A DNA stretch of 64,000 bases from Porphyromonas sp. (GTDB lineage: Bacteria; Bacteroidota; Bacteroidia; Bacteroidales; Porphyromonadaceae): assembly GCA_030532365.1 (NCBI GenBank), contig JAUNLH010000002.1, positions 22,656-86,655 of the forward strand. The letters are read 5' to 3'. Shown in pieces: positions 20,843-35,973 of this stretch. A program made the position numbers and the translations under genes. A model generated the notes under the pieces. It was given only the letters and a program-made list of their open reading frames with translations, was not told the origin of the DNA and made no database searches. Within the stretch, counting starts at the first letter, position 1, and the number at the start of each line of letters is the position of its first letter.

Positions 20843-21862
20843 ATGAAACATCCTGACAACTATCAAGACCTTATAGCCCCCATTGATCCGGCTATCATCA
20901 AAGCCGAACTTTCGGAGCAACACCTGCTGCGCAAGACTAATAGAGCGGGCAATGAGCTATACACATTTCGCGCACAGGAGGCGCCCAATACGATGCTCGA
21001 ACTTGGGAGGTTGCGTGAGGAAGCCTTTAGGTATTACGGAGGTGGCACTGGGAAACCTGCTGACATCGATGAGTTTGACCTTGATCCCGATGGGTACTAT
21101 CAGCTGATTGTCTGGGATCCAGAGGAGCACATAATTCTAGGCGGTTATCGCTATATGCTTGGTGGAGATGTAAAGGTAAAGGATGGCAAGACGATGCTCG
21201 CTAGTAGTGAGATCTTTGACTACTCCGACCTCTTCCTCAAGGAGTATCTTCCTAGGAGCATCGAGCTGGGTCGGAGCTTTGTCCGAGTGGACTACCAGCA
21301 GGCTGGGTTGAGACCTAAGTCGATCTTTGCCCTTGACAACCTTTGGGACGGGCTAGGAGCGTTGATCTTGATACACGACCAGTACGAGTATTTCTTTGGC
21401 AAGGTGACGATGTATAAGGACTACAATCGCCAGGCACGCGATCTCATCATCTACTATATGAACACTCACTTTAGGTCGGAGGTCGATCTCATGCATGCTC
21501 TCTATCCGGTTCCCTACGAGACCCCAGTAGAGGAGCTAGCTGAGGTGATCAAAGGAGAGGATGCAAAGGCGGACTACAAAGCTCTCAATAAGGCGGTGCG
21601 CGACCTAGGTGTCAATATCCCTCCTCTAGTCAATGCCTATATCGGGTTGTCCTCCTCTCTTATGGTCTTCGATGTCAGTCTCAATGCGGGATTTTCCAAT
21701 GTAGAGGAGACCGGCATCATGATCCCGATGTTAGAGATCACAGAGGATAAGAAGCGGAGACATATTGAGAGCTTCCTCCGTGATGCGGCAAAGAAGTACC
21801 GACCCAATCTGATTGCCCGTATCCGTAAACGCCTAAGACCCGGGACTGCCTCAGACAAGTGA
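20843..21862 (+). CDS. GNAT-family (hemolysin-like) N-acyltransferase (GlsB/ChoA-like glycine N-acyltransferase)
   Basis: I prefer the ATG at 20843 (MKHPDNYQDLIAPIDP...); the ORF-track start at 20645 lies inside the previous gene. LGRLREEAFRYYGGGTGK..DIDEFD is typical of the ornithine/glycine lipid N-acyltransferase family. Confidence 0.7.
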   Translation: MKHPDNYQDLIAPIDPAIIKAELSEQHLLRKTNRAGNELYTFRAQEAPNTMLELGRLREEAFRYYGGGTGKPADIDEFDLDPDGYYQLIVWDPEEHIILGGYRYMLGGDVKVKDGKTMLASSEIFDYSDLFLKEYLPRSIELGRSFVRVDYQQAGLRPKSIFALDNLWDGLGALILIHDQYEYFFGKVTMYKDYNRQARDLIIYYMNTHFRSEVDLMHALYPVPYETPVEELAEVIKGEDAKADYKALNKAVRDLGVNIPPLVNAYIGLSSSLMVFDVSLNAGFSNVEETGIMIPMLEITEDKKRRHIESFLRDAAKKYRPNLIARIRKRLRPGTASDK

Positions 21863-22453
21863 GGCGAAAAATGTGGTCAGTAGGGGTACGCTCAAGTCGC
21901 AGACAATTCCGTGATATATAGAGGGTACCAAGTACTCTTGTCCTGAGCTCTTTAGGATAAATGGCAGTGGCACCTCCATGGTCGTCGCGCCACCGGCAGC
22001 AATGGGAGCGTATGGCCCAAACCAGCGAGCTAGGGGGTTGCTGAATAGTATGGCCATCAATTCGCGAAAGACATTGGAGAGCAGAGCGATCATCCCTAGC
22101 GTCACTCCAAGCTCCTCAGTCACGATAAGACCTGAGAGCGTGTAGCAGCCCTGCCCTGCTGAAATAGTGAGTGTGGCAAAGAGGGGCTTGACCAAGACTG
22201 CAGCGGCGAGTGCACCGCCGAGTATAGTCCCTATCATTGTGAGGATAGGGAGGAATAGAAGTCGCTTGGGTAGGCTACGGAAGCTCTCAAACATCTTACT
22301 ATCACTTCCGACCGACAGACCTACGCAAAACATGAGCATGTAGAGTAGGTAAAGTGTTATGTTTGACTCAGCTAAGTCGATGGGGAGTAGGTCGAAGCGA
22401 CCAAAGATGATGCCGAGTGCAAATATGCCTGCTAGGAGCAGTGTATCTTTCAT
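21851..22453 (-). CDS. LysO/DUF340-family membrane protein (large subunit-like), copy 2
   Basis: 200 aa, polytopic. Contains WFGPYAPIAAGGATTM and SGQEYLVPSIYHG. By eye it is roughly two-thirds identical to the adjacent 22538..23146 gene. Confidence 0.7.
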   Translation of the reverse strand: MKDTLLLAGIFALGIIFGRFDLLPIDLAESNITLYLLYMLMFCVGLSVGSDSKMFESFRSLPKRLLFLPILTMIGTILGGALAAAVLVKPLFATLTISAGQGCYTLSGLIVTEELGVTLGMIALLSNVFRELMAILFSNPLARWFGPYAPIAAGGATTMEVPLPFILKSSGQEYLVPSIYHGIVCDLSVPLLTTFFASLV

Positions 22454-22537
22454 GACTTGTTTCTTTCTTGTTAGAGATTAAGTGAGCGATCTGCTTTTTA
22501 ATGAGTTATGATCATTTCCCCTGCCATGGATAAGCCC

Positions 22538-23146
22538 CTAGAGCGTTACCAATGAAGCAAAGAAAGTCACTGAAAATGGGACGCTAAGATCACAGATAAA
22601 ACCGTGATAGATAGAGGGCACTAGGTACTCTTGTCCTGATGCTTTCAAGATAAATGGCAGTGTGACGTCCATCGTCGTTGCACCTCCTGCTGCGATAGGG
22701 GCATAAGGCCCAAACCAGCTAGCGAAGGGGTGACTGAGTATAATTGCCATGAGTTCGCGTATGATATTGGCTAGAAGTGCTATGGTGCCCACGGTTATCC
22801 CCAGCTCCTCCGTCAGGATCACACTCGACAGTGAGTAGTATCCGAGCCCGGCGGAGAGGGCAATCCCTGAGGCTACAGATTGCTTTAAGATCAATGCCGC
22901 TACCGTACCTCCTAGCCAGGATCCTGCAATGGTCAGGAATGGTAGCAGTAAGATCCGTATAGGTAGCTTCCGAAAGCTCTTCAAGGTCTCACTGTCATTG
23001 CCGATAGAGAGACCTACGCAAAACATCAGCGCATAGAGCAGATAGAGCACCAACTGCCCTCCTTGTACATCGAGAGGAAGGTGGTTGAGCCTGCCTAGGA
23101 TGATGCCGACAAGAAAGACGCCGACTAGGAGCAGGTTGTCCCTCAT
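22538..23146 (-). CDS. LysO/DUF340-family membrane protein (large subunit-like), copy 1
   Basis: 202 aa with the same conserved blocks as copy 2. Its start overlaps the stop of the small upstream membrane gene in an ATGA arrangement. Confidence 0.7.
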   Translation of the reverse strand: MRDNLLLVGVFLVGIILGRLNHLPLDVQGGQLVLYLLYALMFCVGLSIGNDSETLKSFRKLPIRILLLPFLTIAGSWLGGTVAALILKQSVASGIALSAGLGYYSLSSVILTEELGITVGTIALLANIIRELMAIILSHPFASWFGPYAPIAAGGATTMDVTLPFILKASGQEYLVPSIYHGFICDLSVPFSVTFFASLVTL

Positions 23147-23421
23147 GATTCCTCTTGCCCTTTCTTACGCCCCCATCGATAGAGTAGCCATGCTAAGAGC
23201 ACGCTGCCGAGGATTGCAAAGATGGCGATCGCGAGTGCAGCACCTCCGAGCTCGGGGAGGTTTTGTACCACCTCTTCGGAGCTACCGACCTCAAGCCCGA
23301 GGGCAAAGAGGAGCAAGAAGACCAAGACCGTTATCACCTTACCTACTGGTTTCAAGGAGTGTGCTCTGAGGAGCCAACCGACAAGTAGCCCTGCCAGTAA
23401 TATACCTATGATTGCGAACAT
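23143..23421 (-). CDS. Small LysO/DUF340-associated membrane protein (N-terminal module encoded separately)
   Basis: 92 aa with three predicted TM helices. It is translationally coupled to the downstream DUF340 gene. Confidence 0.6.
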   Translation of the reverse strand: MFAIIGILLAGLLVGWLLRAHSLKPVGKVITVLVFLLLFALGLEVGSSEEVVQNLPELGGAALAIAIFAILGSVLLAWLLYRWGRKKGQEES

Positions 23422-23570
23422 TCTTTTATTCTAATACTATGTCAAGTTGATAAACTTTTTCTGCCTAATGATGCCCAGATCAAAACGGGGCTCAATATAA
23501 TATTCTTTCCGCACTTTTCATAAAGCTGGAGGTAGATCCCACATAAATATGTGATAAGAAGCATAAATTT

Positions 23571-23673
23571 AGACCCCGAACTTAGAAAATCTAAGTTCCG
23601 GTCTTAGATGTATCTAAGTTCCCAACTTAGATGAGTCGAAGTTCCGGTCTTAGATTTTCTAAGTTCAGGGTCT
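23571..23673. mobile_element. Brick array C: complete 103-bp MITE-like element with 25-bp terminal inverted repeats
   Basis: The left end, AGACCCCGAACTTAGAAAATCTAAG at 23571-23595, matches the reverse complement of the right end at 23649-23673 with one mismatch. Five cores are phased 22-23-23-22 nt apart. Confidence 0.8.
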
Positions 23674-23693
23674 CGTATTTGCTTGGTACCGGA

Positions 23694-30266
<6,573 letters not shown>

Positions 30267-30279
30267 CTTTTGGTCTCTA

Positions 30280-33200
30280 TTAGAAGGTTAATTGCAATCC
30301 AACTGTGTACGAACGTGTGAAAGGATAGATGAGGTTGTCAATACCTGTATTGAGCACACTGCCTCTAGAGAACTCAGGGTCGATACCTGAGTATTTGGTG
30401 ATGGTTAGTAGATTTTCTCCGCTGATATAGAATCTTAGGTTGTCTATCTGAATGCGTTCGAGGAGACTCTTGGGAAGGGCGTACCCAATCTGTACTTGGC
30501 GCAATCTCACGAAGTCACCCGACTCAAGGAAGCGGTCGGACTCTAGCATGTTGCCATTAGGGTCTGAGAATACAGCTCGAGGCACAGAAGTGTCTCTGTT
30601 GTTTGGCGTCCATGCCTCGAGAGTAGACTTGAGGAAGTTGGAGCCTGAGTTCATACCCTCATAAAAGTAGCGGTTACCATTGTACAGCTTATGACCAAAT
30701 GCACCACTGAGTAGTAGTGAGAGGTCAATGCCCTTGTAATTTGCACCAAATGAGAGGTTTGCCTCAACTTTAGGCATTCCTGATCCGCAGTATTCCTTGT
30801 CTTGATCGTTGAGTACACCGTCACCGTTTACATCGACAAACCTAATGTCACCGGGCTTGGCGTTGCGCTGTAGGAGAGCTCCATCCTCTCCCTTATGAGC
30901 CATTACCTCCTCTTCGCTCTGGAAGATCCCGTCTGTCCTATAGAGGTAGTAAGCACCGATAGGTGCGCCGATGCGTGTCTGAGTTGGGAAATGCTCTGTA
31001 CCATACTTGAGCCCCTCGCCATAGATGGCTTGTCCCTCGTCTGATAGGTCTAGAACGCGGTTCTTGAGCGTGCTCACGTTGAGCCCGACGTTGTAGGTCA
31101 GTCCTTGGTACTCATCATTCCAGTTAAGCTCCAGCTCCATACCGCTGTTGCGGATCCGACCGACGTTGAGTGTCGGATTATTTAACCCTGCTGATGGGGG
31201 TAATACCTTTGTGATCAGAAGATCACGAGTCTCGTTATTGTAGTAGTTGACTGATCCGCTGAGCCTATTTCTGAAGAATCCGAAGTCGAGTCCTATGTTT
31301 TTGTTATCCGAAGTCTCCCACTTCAGTCCGCGGTTCTCTAGGTCTCTGGAGATGCTACCTGGCCAAGGGTTTTCTCCCTTGCCTGTGACGTAGCCTTGCC
31401 ATTTGGTATTTCCAGTAGAGATGAGAGATACGAAGTCGTACTTTCCGAGTGCCACCTCATTACCTAGGCGCCCCCAGCTAGCCCTTAGCTTGAGGTCGGA
31501 GATGGTGCCATCTTCGGGGAAGAAGTCCTCCTGGCTGATCCTCCAGCCTAGTGCTACAGATGGGAAGTACCCCCAACGGCTGTCTGCTCCGAACTTCGAT
31601 GAGCCGTCTCTGCGGAGTGTCAGCTGAGCCATGTATTTGCTCTGATAGCTATAGTTGAGGCGCCCGAAGATGGAGAATCTGCGGTAGTCTACTCTTGTGC
31701 CCTCACCGCTATAGGTGCCCCCTTCTCCAGCATTGATAGTGTCAAAGCTAGGATCTAAGAAACCGGCTGGCACCTCAGTGGTGACCAGGTTGCCATGCTC
31801 ATCTACGCTGTATGTGATAGACTTGCCCTCGACACTGACACTACTCCACTTGTACTTCTCATTGGTAAGCGAAGTCCCTAGCATTGCACCAAAAGAGTGG
31901 TCAGAGCCCGTAGGAGAGTTGTAATTGAGGACGTTGTCAAATATCTGTTCTTCCCAATAGCCTGAGAACTCTGTGTGCTCGGTATACTGCTGCTTTGAGC
32001 GGATATCTGCCACGTAGGGAGCCACGTGGTCTGATTGTTTCTCGTGCTCTCCTCTATAGCCGTAGCTGGTTCGGAAGGTGAGTCCATCGTAAAGGTCAAA
32101 CGTCAACCCTACATTGGCATTGGTATTGTACTTCTGGTTGAGGCGTTTACGATAATCGTTGTCCGCCATTACGTTTCTGTTGTTTGGGAGCCCATCGAAG
32201 TTGGTAAGCCCGTAGCCCGACTCTTGAGTCTCATCATAGATAGGCACGAGCGGAGAGATCATGTACATTTCCTTTAGGCTATATCTAGGCTGCCTGCTAG
32301 CTGTGTACTTAAAGCTCAGGTTCGCATCCATTGATACGATCCCCTTCTTGAGGTTCAGCTTTGTACGAGCTAGGTCGTGTCTGTAGTTGTTGCCCAGGAA
32401 GATACCCTTATCATCGCTCCTATTGTATGATATTGTGTACTTTCCCTTAGAGCCACCTCCTCGGATACCTACCATGTAGTTCTGAGATAGTCCATTACGA
32501 AGCATAGCATCTTGCCAGTCAGTATCTACACCTGTGTTATGCGTGATGTATGTAGGTAGTGCTATCTGTTCACCTGAAGAGACATGAGCGTTGAAGTTGT
32601 CGTACATCGACTTGTGTATCTGTTTGTACTCCTCAGCATTTAAGAATTCTAGCCTCTTCGCCACCTTTTGAGCGCTGAGGTAGCTACTGAACTCCACCTT
32701 GATCTCGTCCTCGATGCCAGATTTTGTAGTTATGAGTACTACTCCGTTGGCAGCGACTGAACCATAAATAGCAGCTGCAGCACCATCCTTTAGTATTTCC
32801 AAGGAAGCGATATCCTGAGGATTGATAGAATTGATGTTTCCTGGGAATCCATCAATAATGTAGAGTGGCTCGTTGTCGCCAAAGGTGTTGACACCACGGA
32901 TCTTTACACTCACCCCAGATCCAGCATTGCCACCACTCTTCATGATATTCACACCTGCCACCTTACCCTGGAGCGCTTCTGCGGGGTTAGTCGTAGCACG
33001 CTTTGTCAGATCACCTCCGTCAACGGTCGTGATGGCACCAGTTACGTCGCTTTTACGCATAACACCATAGCCCACTACGACCACCTCGTCAAGTAGATCA
33101 GCATCTTCTTGCATGACGATATTAAGTGGGGTATCTGCTGAGGTGATCTTGATCCTCTGAGACGCAAATCCCACATAGCTGCATTCTAGAATATCTCCGA

Positions 33201-33717
33201 TGGCAGCCTTGATTTCAAACTCCCCATCCAGGTTGGTGGCAGTTCCTCCACTCCGGTCTTCAATCTTAATGGTTGCTCCAATCACCTCCCATCCGCTAGC
33301 ATCTACCACTTTACCACGGATGGTGTGCATTTCGCTAGTTACTGGCTCTTGAACCGTAGTCCTGTCGCTGATAGAGAGGTACTTATCTTGATGTGTGATG
33401 CGCTTGCCTGTGATTTTTTCAAGCTGACCTAGCAGTTCATTCAGCGCCCAGTTCCCTTTTGGAAGAGTGATCTTTTCTGAGATATCTATCTGTCCTTCAT
33501 TAAAGACAAAGAGGCAACCAGTTTGCTCCTCCACCTTCTCGATTAGCTCTCCAAGGGTTACAGAGGTATTGGTAAGTGTAACAGTGCCTGACTGTGCCCA
33601 AACTAGTGTGTAAGATGGGCTGAGACATAAAAGTAGTAGGAGTACAGTGGCTCTAAAGCGACTCTGTGTAGCATGTCGAAGCCAACTCCAAATCTTATTG
33701 ATGTTGTGATTCATCAT
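30280..33717 (-). CDS. SusC/RagA-family TonB-dependent receptor with N-terminal STN signalling extension
   Basis: I prefer the ATG at 33717; the ORF track extends to 33807. After the signal peptide comes an STN-like block (VTLTNTSVTLGELIEKVEEQTGCLFVF). A carboxypeptidase-regulatory-like domain follows, then the TonB box/plug (LDEVVVVGYG) and a beta-barrel ending in F. Confidence 0.9.
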   Translation of the reverse strand: MMNHNINKIWSWLRHATQSRFRATVLLLLLCLSPSYTLVWAQSGTVTLTNTSVTLGELIEKVEEQTGCLFVFNEGQIDISEKITLPKGNWALNELLGQLEKITGKRITHQDKYLSISDRTTVQEPVTSEMHTIRGKVVDASGWEVIGATIKIEDRSGGTATNLDGEFEIKAAIGDILECSYVGFASQRIKITSADTPLNIVMQEDADLLDEVVVVGYGVMRKSDVTGAITTVDGGDLTKRATTNPAEALQGKVAGVNIMKSGGNAGSGVSVKIRGVNTFGDNEPLYIIDGFPGNINSINPQDIASLEILKDGAAAAIYGSVAANGVVLITTKSGIEDEIKVEFSSYLSAQKVAKRLEFLNAEEYKQIHKSMYDNFNAHVSSGEQIALPTYITHNTGVDTDWQDAMLRNGLSQNYMVGIRGGGSKGKYTISYNRSDDKGIFLGNNYRHDLARTKLNLKKGIVSMDANLSFKYTASRQPRYSLKEMYMISPLVPIYDETQESGYGLTNFDGLPNNRNVMADNDYRKRLNQKYNTNANVGLTFDLYDGLTFRTSYGYRGEHEKQSDHVAPYVADIRSKQQYTEHTEFSGYWEEQIFDNVLNYNSPTGSDHSFGAMLGTSLTNEKYKWSSVSVEGKSITYSVDEHGNLVTTEVPAGFLDPSFDTINAGEGGTYSGEGTRVDYRRFSIFGRLNYSYQSKYMAQLTLRRDGSSKFGADSRWGYFPSVALGWRISQEDFFPEDGTISDLKLRASWGRLGNEVALGKYDFVSLISTGNTKWQGYVTGKGENPWPGSISRDLENRGLKWETSDNKNIGLDFGFFRNRLSGSVNYYNNETRDLLITKVLPPSAGLNNPTLNVGRIRNSGMELELNWNDEYQGLTYNVGLNVSTLKNRVLDLSDEGQAIYGEGLKYGTEHFPTQTRIGAPIGAYYLYRTDGIFQSEEEVMAHKGEDGALLQRNAKPGDIRFVDVNGDGVLNDQDKEYCGSGMPKVEANLSFGANYKGIDLSLLLSGAFGHKLYNGNRYFYEGMNSGSNFLKSTLEAWTPNNRDTSVPRAVFSDPNGNMLESDRFLESGDFVRLRQVQIGYALPKSLLERIQIDNLRFYISGENLLTITKYSGIDPEFSRGSVLNTGIDNLIYPFTRSYTVGLQLTF

Positions 33718-33766
33718 AAAGCTGTTGTTCAATAGTTTTTTGATTGTTGTTGTAAATATGTTATTA

Positions 33767-34753
33767 TTACTCTCCGATTTTAATTGTGTGTTCACCGACC
33801 ATCTCATAGCGTAGCCCTAGACTACAACATACCGCCTCCACTATGCTCTTAAGACTGTCCCCCTGGCGTATCTTACCACTAAGTCTGCGGTCTTTCAGCT
33901 CCTCGTTGACAAATATGATCTCTGCCCCATACCAGTGCCCGATCTCTGCAAAGATCTGAGAGAGAGGAGTATTCTTATACTGCACAATGCCTACTTTTCG
34001 GTTTGCTATCTGCGAGAGAGACTCGAAATTCTTTACAAGTCGTCCATCTCGTAGGAGCAGGCTCTCTCCAGGTGTAAGGGGTACGGTGTCCCTTGCCGAG
34101 TACAAAGTCACTCCACCCTCTAGTAGCGATAGGTGAAGTGGAGATAGCTGATCGGACTGAAGATAAAACTGTGTTCCTGTGACGACTACATCATACCCAC
34201 ACTTAGTCTCTACCTTAAAAGGCGCGGTCTTATTGTGTGCCACATCAAAGAACGCAGCTCCCTCTAGCCGCACATTACGGTGTTTGCCTTTTGAGTAGCG
34301 TGCATCAAAGGTCATCTTTGAGCAGGGGCTGAGGTGGATAGTTGTGCCATCGTTCATGGTGAAGAGCAACCTCTGTCCTGTGGGTGCTGCTACCTCCGTC
34401 ACTTGTTGGCTCAATACTTGATCAGTACGATATTCGCTGTATATGCGTCCCCCTAGCACGATGATTAGCACTGCAGCAGCATATTTTATCGATTGCATCC
34501 AGAGCTTCCTCCATTGTTGCTGCTTCGTGGACTTTTTCCACTGTCTTAGGCTTCGCATACCATTACTCATGTCTCCCTCTCTTGGGGCTGCTACAAGTAG
34601 CGAGATGGTGTTATATCGTCTTCGCAGTCCCTTTGCTATTTCAGGGCGCTCCGACAGGTATCGTTGTAGCTCTTCCGCCTCTGTTGCAGTGAGCTGACCC
34701 GTCAGATACTTCTCTATCAGCGACTCGTAATATGTATGATCAGTTGGCATCAT
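33767..34753 (-). CDS. FecR-family anti-sigma factor
   Basis: I prefer the ATG at 34753 (MMPTDHTYYESLIEKYLTGQLTATEAEEL). It has one TM helix (YAAAVLIIVLGG) and a periplasmic FecR domain. It sits directly upstream of the STN-SusC gene. Confidence 0.8.
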   Translation of the reverse strand: MMPTDHTYYESLIEKYLTGQLTATEAEELQRYLSERPEIAKGLRRRYNTISLLVAAPREGDMSNGMRSLRQWKKSTKQQQWRKLWMQSIKYAAAVLIIVLGGRIYSEYRTDQVLSQQVTEVAAPTGQRLLFTMNDGTTIHLSPCSKMTFDARYSKGKHRNVRLEGAAFFDVAHNKTAPFKVETKCGYDVVVTGTQFYLQSDQLSPLHLSLLEGGVTLYSARDTVPLTPGESLLLRDGRLVKNFESLSQIANRKVGIVQYKNTPLSQIFAEIGHWYGAEIIFVNEELKDRRLSGKIRQGDSLKSIVEAVCCSLGLRYEMVGEHTIKIGE

Positions 34754-34877
34754 TTCTTCTTTCTTGGACTGTCCTTTACTTATAGACGCGCTCCCCTTCA
34801 AAAACCCTTAAAGAAAATTGAACTTTTTTCTTGATTTTGATGAAATACATTAGTAGGCTTTCGTAAATGGTTGAGGT

Positions 34878-34919
34878 ACAATAGAAAACCACGTATTCGC
34901 AAAATGCGAATACGTGGTT
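34878..34919 (-). terminator. Rho-independent terminator of trxB
   Basis: A perfect 15-bp stem, AACCACGTATTCGCA-AAA-TGCGAATACGTGGTT, spans 34887-34919. On the minus strand it runs straight into TTTTCTATTG. Confidence 0.75.
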
Positions 34920-35007
34920 GTGTATGAAGCCCCTATTTGGGGCTGATGGCTGTGTCCTATATCTCTAGTGGCTCTCTAGCGATGATTGCTCTATATAAGC
35001 TTACTTG

Positions 35008-35949
35008 TTACAACAAGAAGCGCTCTGCTTCTAGTGCAGCCTTACATCCACTCCCTGCTGCGGTGATGGCTTGGCGGAAGTGTGGATCGGCTACGTCACC
35101 GGCAGCAAAGACACCAGGGACACTGGTCTTGGTAAAGCCAGGCTCTACCTTGATGTATCCGAGTTCATCAAGCTCTATCTGCCCATCAAGGAAATCAACT
35201 CTTGGGGTATGCCCAATACCAAGGAAAAATCCATCGATAGGTAAGTCGTAGTGCTCTTCGTCCGGCTCTCCTAGGTGTTTTACCAGATGTACGCCCTGTA
35301 CTGAGCCGTCGCCATAGAGTCCTTCGGCCTGATGCTTCCAGAGGATCTCGATGTTGTCAGTATCAAGGACTCGGTCTTGCATTACCTTTGATGCACGAAG
35401 TTCATCACGACGTACGAGCATGTACACCTTTTTGGCTAGTGAAGCGAGATAAAGAGCTTCGCCACACGCTGTGTCACCACCACCTACGACAGCGACCGTT
35501 GCATCACGGTAGAAAAATCCATCGCAGGTCGCACATGCACTCACTCCCATGCCACGATACTTGACCTCGTCTTCTAGTCCGAGGTATTTAGCGGTAGCAC
35601 CTGTCGCAATAATTACTGTCTCTGCGGTGATGGTGTACTCGCCCTCATTGATCTCAGCCTTGAAGGGGCGGTCAGAAAGATCTATCTTCGTCACTCTTCC
35701 CGACCTCATGTCCGTCCCAAAACGCTCAGCCTGCTGGCGGATCTCAAGCATCATCTCCGGACCAGAGATCCCCTCGGGATAGCCTGGAAAGTTCTCTACA
35801 TCAGTCGTAGTGGTAAGTTGCCCACCTGGCTCCATGCCTTCTACGAGGATTGGCTCTAGGTTTGCTCTGGAGGCGTATATTGCCGCAGTGTATCCCGCTG
35901 GTCCTCCACCTATGATCAGTACCTTTGTCTTAAGCTCGTTATTATCCAT
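35008..35949 (-). CDS. trxB: Thioredoxin-disulfide reductase
   Basis: 313 aa with the FAD GxGxxG motif (IIGGGPAGYTAA), the redox-active CATCDG motif and the NADPH motif VVGGGDTA. Confidence 0.92.
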   Translation of the reverse strand: MDNNELKTKVLIIGGGPAGYTAAIYASRANLEPILVEGMEPGGQLTTTTDVENFPGYPEGISGPEMMLEIRQQAERFGTDMRSGRVTKIDLSDRPFKAEINEGEYTITAETVIIATGATAKYLGLEDEVKYRGMGVSACATCDGFFYRDATVAVVGGGDTACGEALYLASLAKKVYMLVRRDELRASKVMQDRVLDTDNIEILWKHQAEGLYGDGSVQGVHLVKHLGEPDEEHYDLPIDGFFLGIGHTPRVDFLDGQIELDELGYIKVEPGFTKTSVPGVFAAGDVADPHFRQAITAAGSGCKAALEAERFLL

Positions 35950-35973
35950 ATTTATATTGTTTGTCTCTGATTG

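Noticed and set aside
34928-34944. A second small hairpin, AGCCCC-TATTT-GGGGCT, just downstream of trxB.
   Set aside because: It has only a 6-bp stem and no following T-run on the minus strand. The adjacent 15-bp hairpin with TTTTCT is the credible terminator.
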